From Nitrososphaeria archaeon (GTDB lineage: Archaea > Thermoproteota > Nitrososphaeria > Nitrososphaerales > JAAOZN01), in NCBI GenBank assembly GCA_029775855.1, contig JARVJZ010000001.1, positions 128,001 to 192,000 on the forward strand: a DNA stretch of 64,000 nucleotides. Direction: 5' to 3'. This document shows, in pieces, positions 28,040 to 36,763 of the stretch. The position numbers and the translations under genes were made by a program. The notes under the pieces are model-generated. The model did no database searches. It was not told the DNA's origin and saw only the letters and a list, made by a program, of their open reading frames with translations. Within the stretch, counting starts at the first letter, position 1, and the number at the start of each line of letters is the position of its first letter.

Positions 28040-29087
28040 TTACCGCTCTACCCTTAACTTCACCGCTACGCAGCTTCGCTAGAGCTTCATTCGCTTCTTC
28101 TAGTCTGAATGATGTCGAGATAACTGGTTTTACCACCCCTCTGTTTGTGAGCTGAAGTATCTCGTTAAGATCTGTCAGTGTACCAGTGTAGCTACCCACT
28201 ATGTCCAACGCCAGTATTGGTAAGAGCGGTATCTGCATCTTAAGTATCCCCCCAAAGAGACCTACAACAACGAGCCTACCACCTTTTACAAGTATTTTCA
28301 CGGCGTTTTCAACGGTCTGAGTACTCCCAACAAAATCTATCACCGCATTAGCCCTCTTACCAAGTGCTTGCTTCATAACGGCGCCAATATCATCTTTAGA
28401 AGAGTTTATTGTAAAGTCTGCGCCGAGCGATTTGGCATACTCCAGTTTTCTATCATCGATATCCAAACTAACAATAGTAGCTCCACTCAAGGCCTTAGCA
28501 AGTTGAATAGCCATTCCACCAACACCACCAGCACCTATTATAGCAAGCACGTCGTCAGGAGCCACTCTAGCCTTCTTCAAAGCATGCAACGCAGTTATGC
28601 CCGAGCAAGCTAGAACACCAGCTTCCTCAGGCTTCAATCCATCATATTTTAGTACATAGCGTGGATCTGGAACCAAGACATACTCCGCATATCCTCCGTC
28701 AGCATACACTCCTAGAGCGTTAGGTCTCTCACAGAGGTTATCAAATCCAGCCCTACAAGCTCTGCATACTCCGCAGCCTATCCAAGGATAGACGACGACA
28801 GTGTCACCTACTTCGAAGGCTGATACCGCTCTTCCTTTAGCCTCAATCCTGCCAGCAATCTCATGTCCTAAGGTTAATGGAAGTCTTATCCTTCTATCTC
28901 GTATGACTAATCTTTCCTCTTCTCTTGCGCCGTAATATCCTTCTGCCAGGTGTATGTCACTATGGCACACTCCACAAGCATCAACCTTAACCAGCACGTT
29001 ATTGTCTAGAACTTGTGGTAAGTCGCTTTCCATAAGCTGAAGCGGTTTACCAAACTCCTGGAGTTTCATAGCCTTCATAAAGACCAT
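28029..29087 (-). CDS. Zn-dependent alcohol dehydrogenase (MDR)
   Basis: GVCHSD, LGHEIAG, CGVCRAC...C, GAGGVG followed by LDID (NAD type). Confidence 0.93.
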   Translation of the reverse strand: MVFMKAMKLQEFGKPLQLMESDLPQVLDNNVLVKVDACGVCHSDIHLAEGYYGAREEERLVIRDRRIRLPLTLGHEIAGRIEAKGRAVSAFEVGDTVVVYPWIGCGVCRACRAGFDNLCERPNALGVYADGGYAEYVLVPDPRYVLKYDGLKPEEAGVLACSGITALHALKKARVAPDDVLAIIGAGGVGGMAIQLAKALSGATIVSLDIDDRKLEYAKSLGADFTINSSKDDIGAVMKQALGKRANAVIDFVGSTQTVENAVKILVKGGRLVVVGLFGGILKMQIPLLPILALDIVGSYTGTLTDLNEILQLTNRGVVKPVISTSFRLEEANEALAKLRSGEVKGRAVIKP

Positions 29088-29195
29088 AATTTTTATACGC
29101 CACCCTATAGTTTAAACATTTCTTTTCTACTAACCATTAATTAAATTCTTGCTTATATTTAGCAACCTTGTATTGCGCGGTTATAATTAAAATCT

Positions 29196-29221
29196 ATTAA
29201 GAATAAATTTATATTCTTAAT
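29196..29221. promoter_or_regulatory. 10-6-10 inverted repeat overlapping the abfD TATA box
   Basis: ATTAAGAATA-aattta-TATTCTTAAT; TTTATAT at 29208-29214, about 25-30 nt before ATG 29239. Confidence 0.6.
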
Positions 29222-29238
29222 CGTTCTAAATATATCAT

Positions 29239-30720
29239 ATGCCTATTCGTTCGGGCGCAGAGTACATAGAAAGCCTGCGTAAACGCAAGCTCAAGGTCTA
29301 CTACTTAGGTCAGCTAATAGAGAATCCAGTTGACCACCCGGTTATAAGACCTTCTATAAATGCTGTAGCAGAAACATACGACCTTGCTAACAGAGAGCCT
29401 GAGTTAGGTAGCGCCCACTCATCGCTGATCGGCAAAAAGGTCAACAGATTTCTACATATTACAGAAAGCGCTGAAGATGTAGTGCTTCAAAATAAGATGC
29501 AAAGGCGACTAGGGCAGCTGACTGGAACTTGCTTCCAGCGATGCGTAGGTATGGATGCGTTAAACTCGCTCTACTCAGTAACTTATGAGATAGATGAGAA
29601 ATACAAAACTGAGTATCATAAACGCTTCATAGACTTTGTAAGATACGTGCAAGAAGAAAACCTTGTAATAGGAGGAGCTATGACTGATCCAAAAGGGGAC
29701 AGAAGCGTCAGCCCATCAAAGCAAATCGATCCAGACCTATTTCTGCACGTGGTCAAGAAGACTGATGAAGGAATAGTCATTAGAGGTGCAAAGGCTCATC
29801 AAACAGGCTGCATAAACTCACATTGGCTCATCTTCATGCCCACACAACGGCTAGAACCAGGTGAAGAAGATTACGCCGTGAGCTGCGCTGTGCCAGTAGA
29901 TGCGCCAGGCTTAACCTACATTTATGGGCGGCAAGCGTGTGACACAAGAATAGTTGATGGTGGAGAAATTGACGCAGGTAACTCGATGTATTCTGGTCAA
30001 GAGGCTCTTATTGTAGTTGAAGATGTCTTTGTTCCTTGGAAATACGTCTTTATGTGCGGGGAGATAGAGTTTGTTCCAATACTTGTCGACCGCTTCACAG
30101 CTTATCATCGAAGGAGCTATGTATGCAAAACTGGAGTTGGCGATGTGCTTATAGGAGCTGCTGCTTTAGTAGCAGATTATAATGGGGTTGGCGATAAAAG
30201 CCACATAAAAGAGAAGCTCGTAGAAATGGCACACCTCAACGAAACCATCTACGGCACAGGCATAGCATCATCCTTTCTATCCTATAAGACCAAGGCAGGC
30301 AATTGGCAGTGTGACAGTATGCTCGCTAATGTGTGTAAGCATAATGTTACACGCTTCCCATATGAGATCGCACGCCTCGCTCAAGACCTTGCTGGAGGAA
30401 TAGTGGTGACACTACCATCTGAAAAGGATCTCAGAAACCCCGAAACTGGGCATCTTCTAAGGAAGTTCTTTGCTACAAAAGAGAATGTCGATCCTGAGGA
30501 TAGGATGCGCATAATACGCTTGATAGAGAACATGACTATTGGGCGAAATGCTGTTGGGTATCTTACTGAATCGCTACACGGTGCAGGTTCTCCACAAGCG
30601 CAGAGAATAGTGATTTCTAGGCTTATGCAGATTGAGGAGAAGAAGAAGTTAGCTAAGCGGCTTGCTAAGATAAAGGATTTGGAGGAGCAGGTTAAAAAGG
30701 CTACGGCAAAAATAACTTAA
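29239..30720 (+). CDS. abfD: 4-hydroxybutyryl-CoA dehydratase
   Basis: TCFQRCVG and YHRRSYVCK (3Cys/His cluster ligands), MTDPKGDRS, GQEA, TESLHGAGSPQAQR. Confidence 0.93.
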   Translation: MPIRSGAEYIESLRKRKLKVYYLGQLIENPVDHPVIRPSINAVAETYDLANREPELGSAHSSLIGKKVNRFLHITESAEDVVLQNKMQRRLGQLTGTCFQRCVGMDALNSLYSVTYEIDEKYKTEYHKRFIDFVRYVQEENLVIGGAMTDPKGDRSVSPSKQIDPDLFLHVVKKTDEGIVIRGAKAHQTGCINSHWLIFMPTQRLEPGEEDYAVSCAVPVDAPGLTYIYGRQACDTRIVDGGEIDAGNSMYSGQEALIVVEDVFVPWKYVFMCGEIEFVPILVDRFTAYHRRSYVCKTGVGDVLIGAAALVADYNGVGDKSHIKEKLVEMAHLNETIYGTGIASSFLSYKTKAGNWQCDSMLANVCKHNVTRFPYEIARLAQDLAGGIVVTLPSEKDLRNPETGHLLRKFFATKENVDPEDRMRIIRLIENMTIGRNAVGYLTESLHGAGSPQAQRIVISRLMQIEEKKKLAKRLAKIKDLEEQVKKATAKIT

Positions 30721-30736
30721 TCTTTAAACCTACTTA

Positions 30737-31024
30737 CTAATGCGTAGAGATTCGCGCATCCATCACATAACTTATTACAAGGTCTTGTATTCTTATACAT
30801 GGTACGTTGAATTTCTTACAGTATTTTGCCAATTCATTGTCTAACGTTATCAGACAAACTTCGCCTTTCATCTTCATAAGATATTCCAAGATATCTGGGT
30901 CAGGTATGCTTACCCGTGAATCTTCGTCTCCTCGTATAAGCTTGGAAGCAGTTTCGCATTCAACACCTAGCTCTCGAAGCTCTTTGGCTAGACCGTAAAG
31001 CATCGCATCTACCATATACCTCAA
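30737..31024 (-). CDS. Minimal Mut7-C/PIN-like domain protein
   Basis: YMVDAML..LAKELRELG, PDPDIL, LITLDNEL; no C-terminal Zn ribbon. Confidence 0.7.
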   Translation of the reverse strand: MRYMVDAMLYGLAKELRELGVECETASKLIRGDEDSRVSIPDPDILEYLMKMKGEVCLITLDNELAKYCKKFNVPCIRIQDLVISYVMDARISTH

Positions 31025-31113
31025 TTTCTCTTTTCTTGGAGCTGGTTAGATGGTTATTTATCTTTCTGTTAAGGATGTGTTTCCTTTTTAAAGAAGTGTA
31101 TGCATGGATTAAC

Positions 31114-31605
31114 ATGATGGCTGGGTTAGACGACATAACTATAGTCCGCGACGTCCCTATGAAGCTGTTGAAGTTTACTGACTACTTTAAAGGTTTTGAA
31201 AAGGTTCCAGCTGTTAGGAGCCTGTTTGGTGATAAGACTGAAGAAGTTTTAGGTAATCTTAAAGTGGAGTTCTTCTCTTCACGCTTTGGCTACATGGGTG
31301 TAAGTGATGTTGACGGGCATCTTTTGGTAAGCACATATCATCTGAAGCATAGTGATGTGAAGACCCTCTATCTCGATATTATTCACGAACTCTACCATTT
31401 GAAGCAATTCTTAGAGGGGAAGCAGCTATTTAGCAGCGAAGTATCTTACGTCGACAACCCTATTGAAATAGAAGCTTATCGCTTTACAGTAGAAGAGGCT
31501 AAGAGAATAGGTTTAACTAAAGAAGAGATTATTGAATATCTGAAGGTAGACTGGATTAACGAAGAGGAGCATAAAAGGCTCATCAAGCGGTTAGGACTCG
31601 AATGA
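31114..31605 (+). CDS. Hypothetical HExxH zincin-like protein (probable start 31114)
   Basis: IIHELYHLKQ and downstream PIEIEAY; TTTTTAAA TATA-like box about 25 nt before ATG 31114. Confidence 0.65.
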   Translation: MMAGLDDITIVRDVPMKLLKFTDYFKGFEKVPAVRSLFGDKTEEVLGNLKVEFFSSRFGYMGVSDVDGHLLVSTYHLKHSDVKTLYLDIIHELYHLKQFLEGKQLFSSEVSYVDNPIEIEAYRFTVEEAKRIGLTKEEIIEYLKVDWINEEEHKRLIKRLGLE

Positions 31606-32106
31606 GCCGCTTAAAATTATCTTATACCTAGAGGTCTTCCAAGCTACTTCATCCAAAGCTTTCTTAAACATCTCTTCGTCTTTCTCCCCGATTTCTCTAA
31701 AGACTCTAGCCGGTGAACCATATGCAACACATCTTTTCGGTATTTTTGTACCAGCTGTGACTAGACTTCCTGCACCTATTATGCTACCCTCTCCAATCTG
31801 CGCTCCATCTAGTATGACGGCACCTATCCCTATCAATACCCTACTCTCAACTATGCATCTATGAAGGAGAGATCTGTGGCTGACCAGCACTTCTTCAGCC
31901 AAATGAGCATCCTCTACAAAACATTGCTCCATAACAACGCTTCTACTGCCTATCTTCGTAACGCCACCTTCACCTTTAACCAGACATCCAAACCACACAG
32001 CAGAATTATCACCTAACTCTACATCGCCTAAGATTCTAGCGGTAGGGTCTACATAAACATCTTTACCTAACCTAGGCTTTTTACCATTAAACTCTACCAG
32101 AACCAA
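31591..32106 (-). CDS. Gamma-carbonic-anhydrase-like hexapeptide repeat protein
   Basis: VDPTARILGDVELG, SHRSLLHRC, IGIGAVILDGA, GSPARVFR. Confidence 0.85.
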   Translation of the reverse strand: MVLVEFNGKKPRLGKDVYVDPTARILGDVELGDNSAVWFGCLVKGEGGVTKIGSRSVVMEQCFVEDAHLAEEVLVSHRSLLHRCIVESRVLIGIGAVILDGAQIGEGSIIGAGSLVTAGTKIPKRCVAYGSPARVFREIGEKDEEMFKKALDEVAWKTSRYKIILSGSFES

Positions 32107-32147
32107 TAAGCGTTACACGCTAAAAGACTCTATTAAACCTTTTGACT

Positions 32148-32621
32148 CTAGCCTATCTTCTTCAATTCATCTAGAATTCTATCATAGTTAGGTTCAACAC
32201 GAGGGTCTTCAGAAACCCAGCTATATCTCACCACACCTTTACCATCTAATATAAAAACAGCCCTCTTCGAAGCGGAGTAGCCTTTAAGTCCAGCAAAATC
32301 TCTATGAACTATATCGTAGCTTTCAATCACCTTACGTTCGTAATCGCTTAAAAGGGTAAAGTTAAGCATATTCTTCTCAGCAAACCCCTTTAAAGTAAAA
32401 GGGTCGTTGACACTTATACCCAATACCACTGCATCAAGCTTATTGAAGTTAGCCATTGAATCCCTAAAGCTGCACATTTCTTTGGTGCAGACTGAAGTAA
32501 ATGCGCCTGGGAAGAAAGCTAGCACAACTTTCTTACCTCTAAAGTCTTTTAAACTAACAGGCTTCAAGTCTTGATTCATTAATGTGAAGTCTAATGCTTC
32601 TTCACCTACTTTTGGGGGCAT
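32148..32621 (-). CDS. Peroxiredoxin (BCP/PrxQ type)
   Basis: FFPGAFTSVCTKEMC, LLSD, KRAVF. Confidence 0.92.
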   Translation of the reverse strand: MPPKVGEEALDFTLMNQDLKPVSLKDFRGKKVVLAFFPGAFTSVCTKEMCSFRDSMANFNKLDAVVLGISVNDPFTLKGFAEKNMLNFTLLSDYERKVIESYDIVHRDFAGLKGYSASKRAVFILDGKGVVRYSWVSEDPRVEPNYDRILDELKKIG

Positions 32622-32721
32622 ATCACTATAAATTATGTAAAGGGAACTTTTAAAGATTTATTAGCTGACCTACGCCTTAAACGCTTATTTAGCTAGATTT
32701 AGAGTAGCTGTCTGACGCAGA

Positions 32722-33102
32722 TTGCCTGCCTTTAAACTAGTGATTTCCGACCCTAAATCTGGTAAGTCTATAAGCCGTGAACTTAAAGATCAGCTTGCTC
32801 AACCCCTTTTAGGGCTAAAGATAGGAGATATATTTGATGCCGAAGTTATTGGAATTCCGGGTAAGATTAAGATAACAGGTGGAAGCGATAAGGCTGGTTT
32901 TCCTATGCGGGCAGATGTTTTAGGTGGCGTGAAAAAATACGCTCTTATATCGAAAGGGACAGGCTTAAGAAAGGTCAGTAAAGGAGAGAGAAGACGTAAG
33001 CTGGTTAGAGGCAACACAATAACCGATGAAATCTATCAAATCAACGCTGTGCTAGTTGAAGGCAAGTTAGTTAAAGAAGAGGTTCAGCAACAAGCCAGCT
33101 AA
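32722..33102 (+). CDS. rps6e: 30S ribosomal protein S6e
   Basis: ITGGSDKAGFPMR, GERRRKLVRGN. Confidence 0.96.
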   Translation: MPAFKLVISDPKSGKSISRELKDQLAQPLLGLKIGDIFDAEVIGIPGKIKITGGSDKAGFPMRADVLGGVKKYALISKGTGLRKVSKGERRRKLVRGNTITDEIYQINAVLVEGKLVKEEVQQQAS

Positions 33103-33148
33103 GCATACAATATATTTAATACCATAACCTAACCACCACACTGAGAAG

Positions 33149-34381
33149 ATGTCGGCTAGAGAGCGTCTAATACCTAGACAACCAGAAGTAAATATAGGCA
33201 CCGCAGGACACGTAGATCACGGCAAAACCACACTTGTAGAAGCAATAACAGGCATATGGACAAGTGCACATAGCGAGGAACTAAAGCGTGGTATAACGAT
33301 AAGAGTAGGCTATGCTGACGCTGCTTTCTATAAATGTCCAAACTGCCCTAGTCCTGACCGATACTCTCCTTATCCGAGGTGTCCTAACTGCGGCTCTGAA
33401 ACGACCCTTTTAAGAGTTGTGAGCTTTGTGGACTGCCCAGGACACGAGAGCTTGATGGCTAACATGCTTTCAGGCGCTGCGGTTATGGATGGGGCTATAC
33501 TTGTTATAGCCGCTAATGAGCAGGTACCCCAACCGCAGACTAGAGAGCATCTGCTAGCTTTGGAGATGCTAGGCATGAGGCATATAGTAATAGTTCAGAA
33601 TAAGGTAGAGTTGATTGATGACCAGAAGGCGCTTGAATCATACCACGCCATCAAGAGGTTTACTGCTGGTACTGTAGCTGAGAACGCAGCTATTATACCG
33701 ATTTCAGCGCAAAATCGGATAAATATCGATGCAGTAATAGAAGCTATCGAAACACATATACCCACACCTAAACGCGAGACACAAGCTCCACCATTTATGC
33801 AGATTTTACGCTCATTCGACGTAAATAAACCTGGAATTAAAGTGCAGGACCTTAAAGGTGGGGTCGTTGGAGGCACACTGCTCCGAGGAGAGCTAAAAGT
33901 TGGTGATGATATAGAGATAAGACCAGGGTTAATAGAAGAAAAAGCCAAACCCCTGTTTACAAAGATTAAAAGTCTTGGTACAAGCGCAGGTCTTGTAGAC
34001 AGTGTGAGGCCTGGGGGGTTAATTGCTATAGGTACGTCTTTAGATCCTGTGTTGACAAAGTCTGATTCACTTCTCGGCTGTGTTGTAGGTCATCCTAATA
34101 CGCTTCCACCAATTCTAGATTCTTTAACCATGTATGTTCAGCTCTTTGAGACCGCTGTAGGTTCGCCAGAGTTGGTTAAAGTCGAGAAGATAAGGAGCGG
34201 TGAGGTTCTAAGGCTTAATATAGGCACAGCCGTCACCTTAGGCAACGTCTCAGCATCCAAAGAAAATGCCGTTGAGGTTAATCTCAGACGCCCAGTCTGT
34301 GCTGATAAGGGTGCAAAAGTCGCTATTTCTAGGCGAATCGGTGACCGTTGGCGCCTTATAGGCGCTGGCACAATTACTTGA
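33149..34381 (+). CDS. eif2g: Translation initiation factor 2 subunit gamma
   Basis: NIGTAGHVDHGKTT, RGITI, DCPGHE, QPQTREH, RWRLIG. Confidence 0.97.
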   Translation: MSARERLIPRQPEVNIGTAGHVDHGKTTLVEAITGIWTSAHSEELKRGITIRVGYADAAFYKCPNCPSPDRYSPYPRCPNCGSETTLLRVVSFVDCPGHESLMANMLSGAAVMDGAILVIAANEQVPQPQTREHLLALEMLGMRHIVIVQNKVELIDDQKALESYHAIKRFTAGTVAENAAIIPISAQNRINIDAVIEAIETHIPTPKRETQAPPFMQILRSFDVNKPGIKVQDLKGGVVGGTLLRGELKVGDDIEIRPGLIEEKAKPLFTKIKSLGTSAGLVDSVRPGGLIAIGTSLDPVLTKSDSLLGCVVGHPNTLPPILDSLTMYVQLFETAVGSPELVKVEKIRSGEVLRLNIGTAVTLGNVSASKENAVEVNLRRPVCADKGAKVAISRRIGDRWRLIGAGTIT

Positions 34382-34391
34382 GGTTCCAGCT

Positions 34392-34766
34392 TTGGAGGTA
34401 GTCTTAGATTCAAGTTTTCTTTTAGAGTGGGTTTCGCGCCCCATCAAAAGAATTGAAGAGTTAGAACTAAAGTTGGGAAAAGTTGAGTTTGTTGTATTAG
34501 ATGCTACAATAAAAGAACTAGAGAAACTCGCATCTGCAACTGGGGTAAAGGCTAAAAAAGCTTCAGCAGCGCTAGAATACGTCAAGAATCTTAAGAGAGT
34601 AAATGTAGTCAACATAAACTCAGATACTGACTTAACAATCTCTAGATACGCTGCGAAACACGGATCCGCTGTCGCAACCTTAGATCAAGAACTACGGAGA
34701 AGATTAAAAGAAACAGGTGTGACAGTCCTCACTTTACGAGATGATAACTTATGGATAGACAGGTGA
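34392..34766 (+). CDS. PIN-domain protein (Fcf1/Utp24-like)
   Basis: VLDSSFL, KELEKL, VATLDQEL; conserved position after eIF2g. Confidence 0.85.
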   Translation: MEVVLDSSFLLEWVSRPIKRIEELELKLGKVEFVVLDATIKELEKLASATGVKAKKASAALEYVKNLKRVNVVNINSDTDLTISRYAAKHGSAVATLDQELRRRLKETGVTVLTLRDDNLWIDR

Positions 34767-34826
34767 CCGAAACCTTCTTAATCTAAATCTTTGCAGCAAC
34801 CTAAAGGCTACTGAGGGGGTATTAAA

Positions 34827-35432
34827 TTGTTTTACATAGTCGAGTTGAGGGATGTTATAAGGGTGCCTCCGTCAAAGTTTGGCACGCCGTTAAAGAATGT
34901 AGCATATGAGACGTTAAAGACAAAATATGAAAGTAGCATAAGCCCAGAATACGGCTACCTTATCTACATAATAGATTTAGATGTCGATAAAGTTGGAAAG
35001 ATAATACCTGGTGATGGTGCAACTTATCACCATGTCGTCTTTAGAGCTCTTACATTTTTACCAAAGCTACAAGAGATTGTAGAAGGTGAAGTTGTAGAGG
35101 TCACCGACTTCGGTGCGTTTATAAGAATAGGACCCGCAGATGCGCTTCTACACCTCTCACAGATAATAGACGACTATCTAACTTGTGATATAAAACAAGG
35201 CGTCATAATTGCAACTCAGTCAAAGAGGACGCTTCCAGTAGGTTCTAAAGTTAGGGTTAGAATTATAGCGGTGAGCTTGGGGCGTGGCGCAGCAGCTGGA
35301 AAGATAGGTGTAACATGCAGGCAACCATTCTTAGGTGCTTTAGAGTGGATTGAAGAAGACCTGAAAAAAGTTGAATCTAAGCCTGAAGTAAAGCAAGCTG
35401 AGAAAAAGGAGAAGCGAACAGAGCATGGTTAA
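34827..35432 (+). CDS. rpoE1: RNA polymerase subunit Rpo7 (E')
   Basis: IRVPPSKFG, PGDGATYH, FGAFIRIGP, LHLSQI. Confidence 0.95.
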   Translation: MFYIVELRDVIRVPPSKFGTPLKNVAYETLKTKYESSISPEYGYLIYIIDLDVDKVGKIIPGDGATYHHVVFRALTFLPKLQEIVEGEVVEVTDFGAFIRIGPADALLHLSQIIDDYLTCDIKQGVIIATQSKRTLPVGSKVRVRIIAVSLGRGAAAGKIGVTCRQPFLGALEWIEEDLKKVESKPEVKQAEKKEKRTEHG

Positions 35433-35613
35433 AGAATATGCGTGTAGACAGTGTAAAACGTTGACAACCGGCAAAGTCTGCCCGAATTGCCATTCAACAG
35501 ACTTGACTTCAGAATGGTTCGGTTTAGTTATAATACTCGATACCGAACATTCACAAGTCGCGAAGGTGCTGGATATAAAAGTTCCAGGTAGATACGCTCT
35601 TAAAGTAACCTAA
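35425..35613 (+). CDS. spt4: Transcription elongation factor Spt4
   Basis: ACRQCK...CPNC, WFGLVII, PGRYALKV. Confidence 0.95.
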   Translation: MVKEYACRQCKTLTTGKVCPNCHSTDLTSEWFGLVIILDTEHSQVAKVLDIKVPGRYALKVT

Positions 35614-35631
35614 CTTTAGAAAGTATCAGCT

Positions 35632-36174
35632 TTGAATAGCAAATCCGCAATTTATCATCTTCCAGAAAGACTAAGAGTAGAACTTAAGAAGCCTTGGGGA
35701 CAGCTTATACCTAACGCCAAAATTTCTAAGCAGAAATTATTAGAAGTAGCCACTAAGAGCAAGCTCAGGGTTGCTGTAGGCGATGCTACATCAGAGAATC
35801 TCAGCAATTTAACCATTCACCCAGATATATATGTAGTTGATGGTAAAGAAAAAAGAATTCATAGGCAGCCTCCCAAACTAGAGGCTAAGAACATACTTAG
35901 GGTAGAAAACCCCGCTGGCTGCATAACTGGAGAAGCAATAGAAGCAGTCTTAAAGGCAATCACGCTAGAGAAGCCTGTGGGAATACTCGTTGAAGGTGAA
36001 GAGGATCTGCTGGCGCTTGTATTCTTCGCTACATACCCAGATGGGACAACCTTGTTCTATGGGCAGCCTAATGAAGGGATGGTTATAGCTAAAGTGGAGA
36101 CCTGCAGAGAGAAGGCGGCGTGTCTACTTAAATTGATGGGTGTGCCTAGCTCTTATCTAAGCATGGTGCTCTGA
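35632..36174 (+). CDS. GTP-dependent dephospho-CoA kinase (DUF359)
   Basis: LKKPWG, VGDAT, VDGKEKR, NPAGCI, GEEDLL, YGQPNEG. Confidence 0.9.
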   Translation: MNSKSAIYHLPERLRVELKKPWGQLIPNAKISKQKLLEVATKSKLRVAVGDATSENLSNLTIHPDIYVVDGKEKRIHRQPPKLEAKNILRVENPAGCITGEAIEAVLKAITLEKPVGILVEGEEDLLALVFFATYPDGTTLFYGQPNEGMVIAKVETCREKAACLLKLMGVPSSYLSMVL

Positions 36175-36221
36175 CCCATTTTCTTAAATATGGATGGTTT
36201 AATCCCTTACACCGATGGGCT

Positions 36222-36551
36222 TTGGCGTTCGAAGTCATTGAGGATAAGGAGAATCTGCTGCTTAATCGCAGAGAAGTGGTTTGTATCTTCCCTCGAAGCG
36301 CTGGTAAAATAACTCGCGCAGACGCCGTAAAGGCTATAGCTCAAAAGCTTAATCTCCCAGAGGAAAAGATTATACCGATAAACATTAAAAGTTCTCAAGG
36401 AGTTACTGATACCAAAGTGACCTTCTATATCTATAAAGACCTTGAGGATGCTAGAAGGCAACTACCTAAATACATTATGCTACGGTTACTACCAAAAGAA
36501 GAACGTAAGAAGATTATGGAGCAGAAGAGAAAAGCTGAGGTAAAGAAGTAG
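36222..36551 (+). CDS. rps24e: 30S ribosomal protein S24e
   Basis: KENLLLNRRE, synteny between DUF359 and S27ae. Confidence 0.9.
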   Translation: MAFEVIEDKENLLLNRREVVCIFPRSAGKITRADAVKAIAQKLNLPEEKIIPINIKSSQGVTDTKVTFYIYKDLEDARRQLPKYIMLRLLPKEERKKIMEQKRKAEVKK

Positions 36552-36561
36552 GTGAAACAAT

Positions 36562-36759
36562 TTGTCTGAATCTGTAAAAGCAGTAAAAAAGAAGGTAAGT
36601 CCGAAGATCTGGCAGTTCTACAAAATTGAGAGTGGAAAGATCATAAAGATAAAAAAAGAATGCCCAAGGTGTGGAAAAGGCTACTTCCTAGCTGAGCATA
36701 AAGACAGATACACCTGCGGTAAATGCGGATATACTCAGTATAAGAAAAAGGAGCATTAG
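36562..36759 (+). CDS. rps27ae: 30S ribosomal protein S27ae
   Basis: [25 protein letters not shown]. Confidence 0.96.
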   Translation: MSESVKAVKKKVSPKIWQFYKIESGKIIKIKKECPRCGKGYFLAEHKDRYTCGKCGYTQYKKKEH

Positions 36760-36763
36760 ACAG

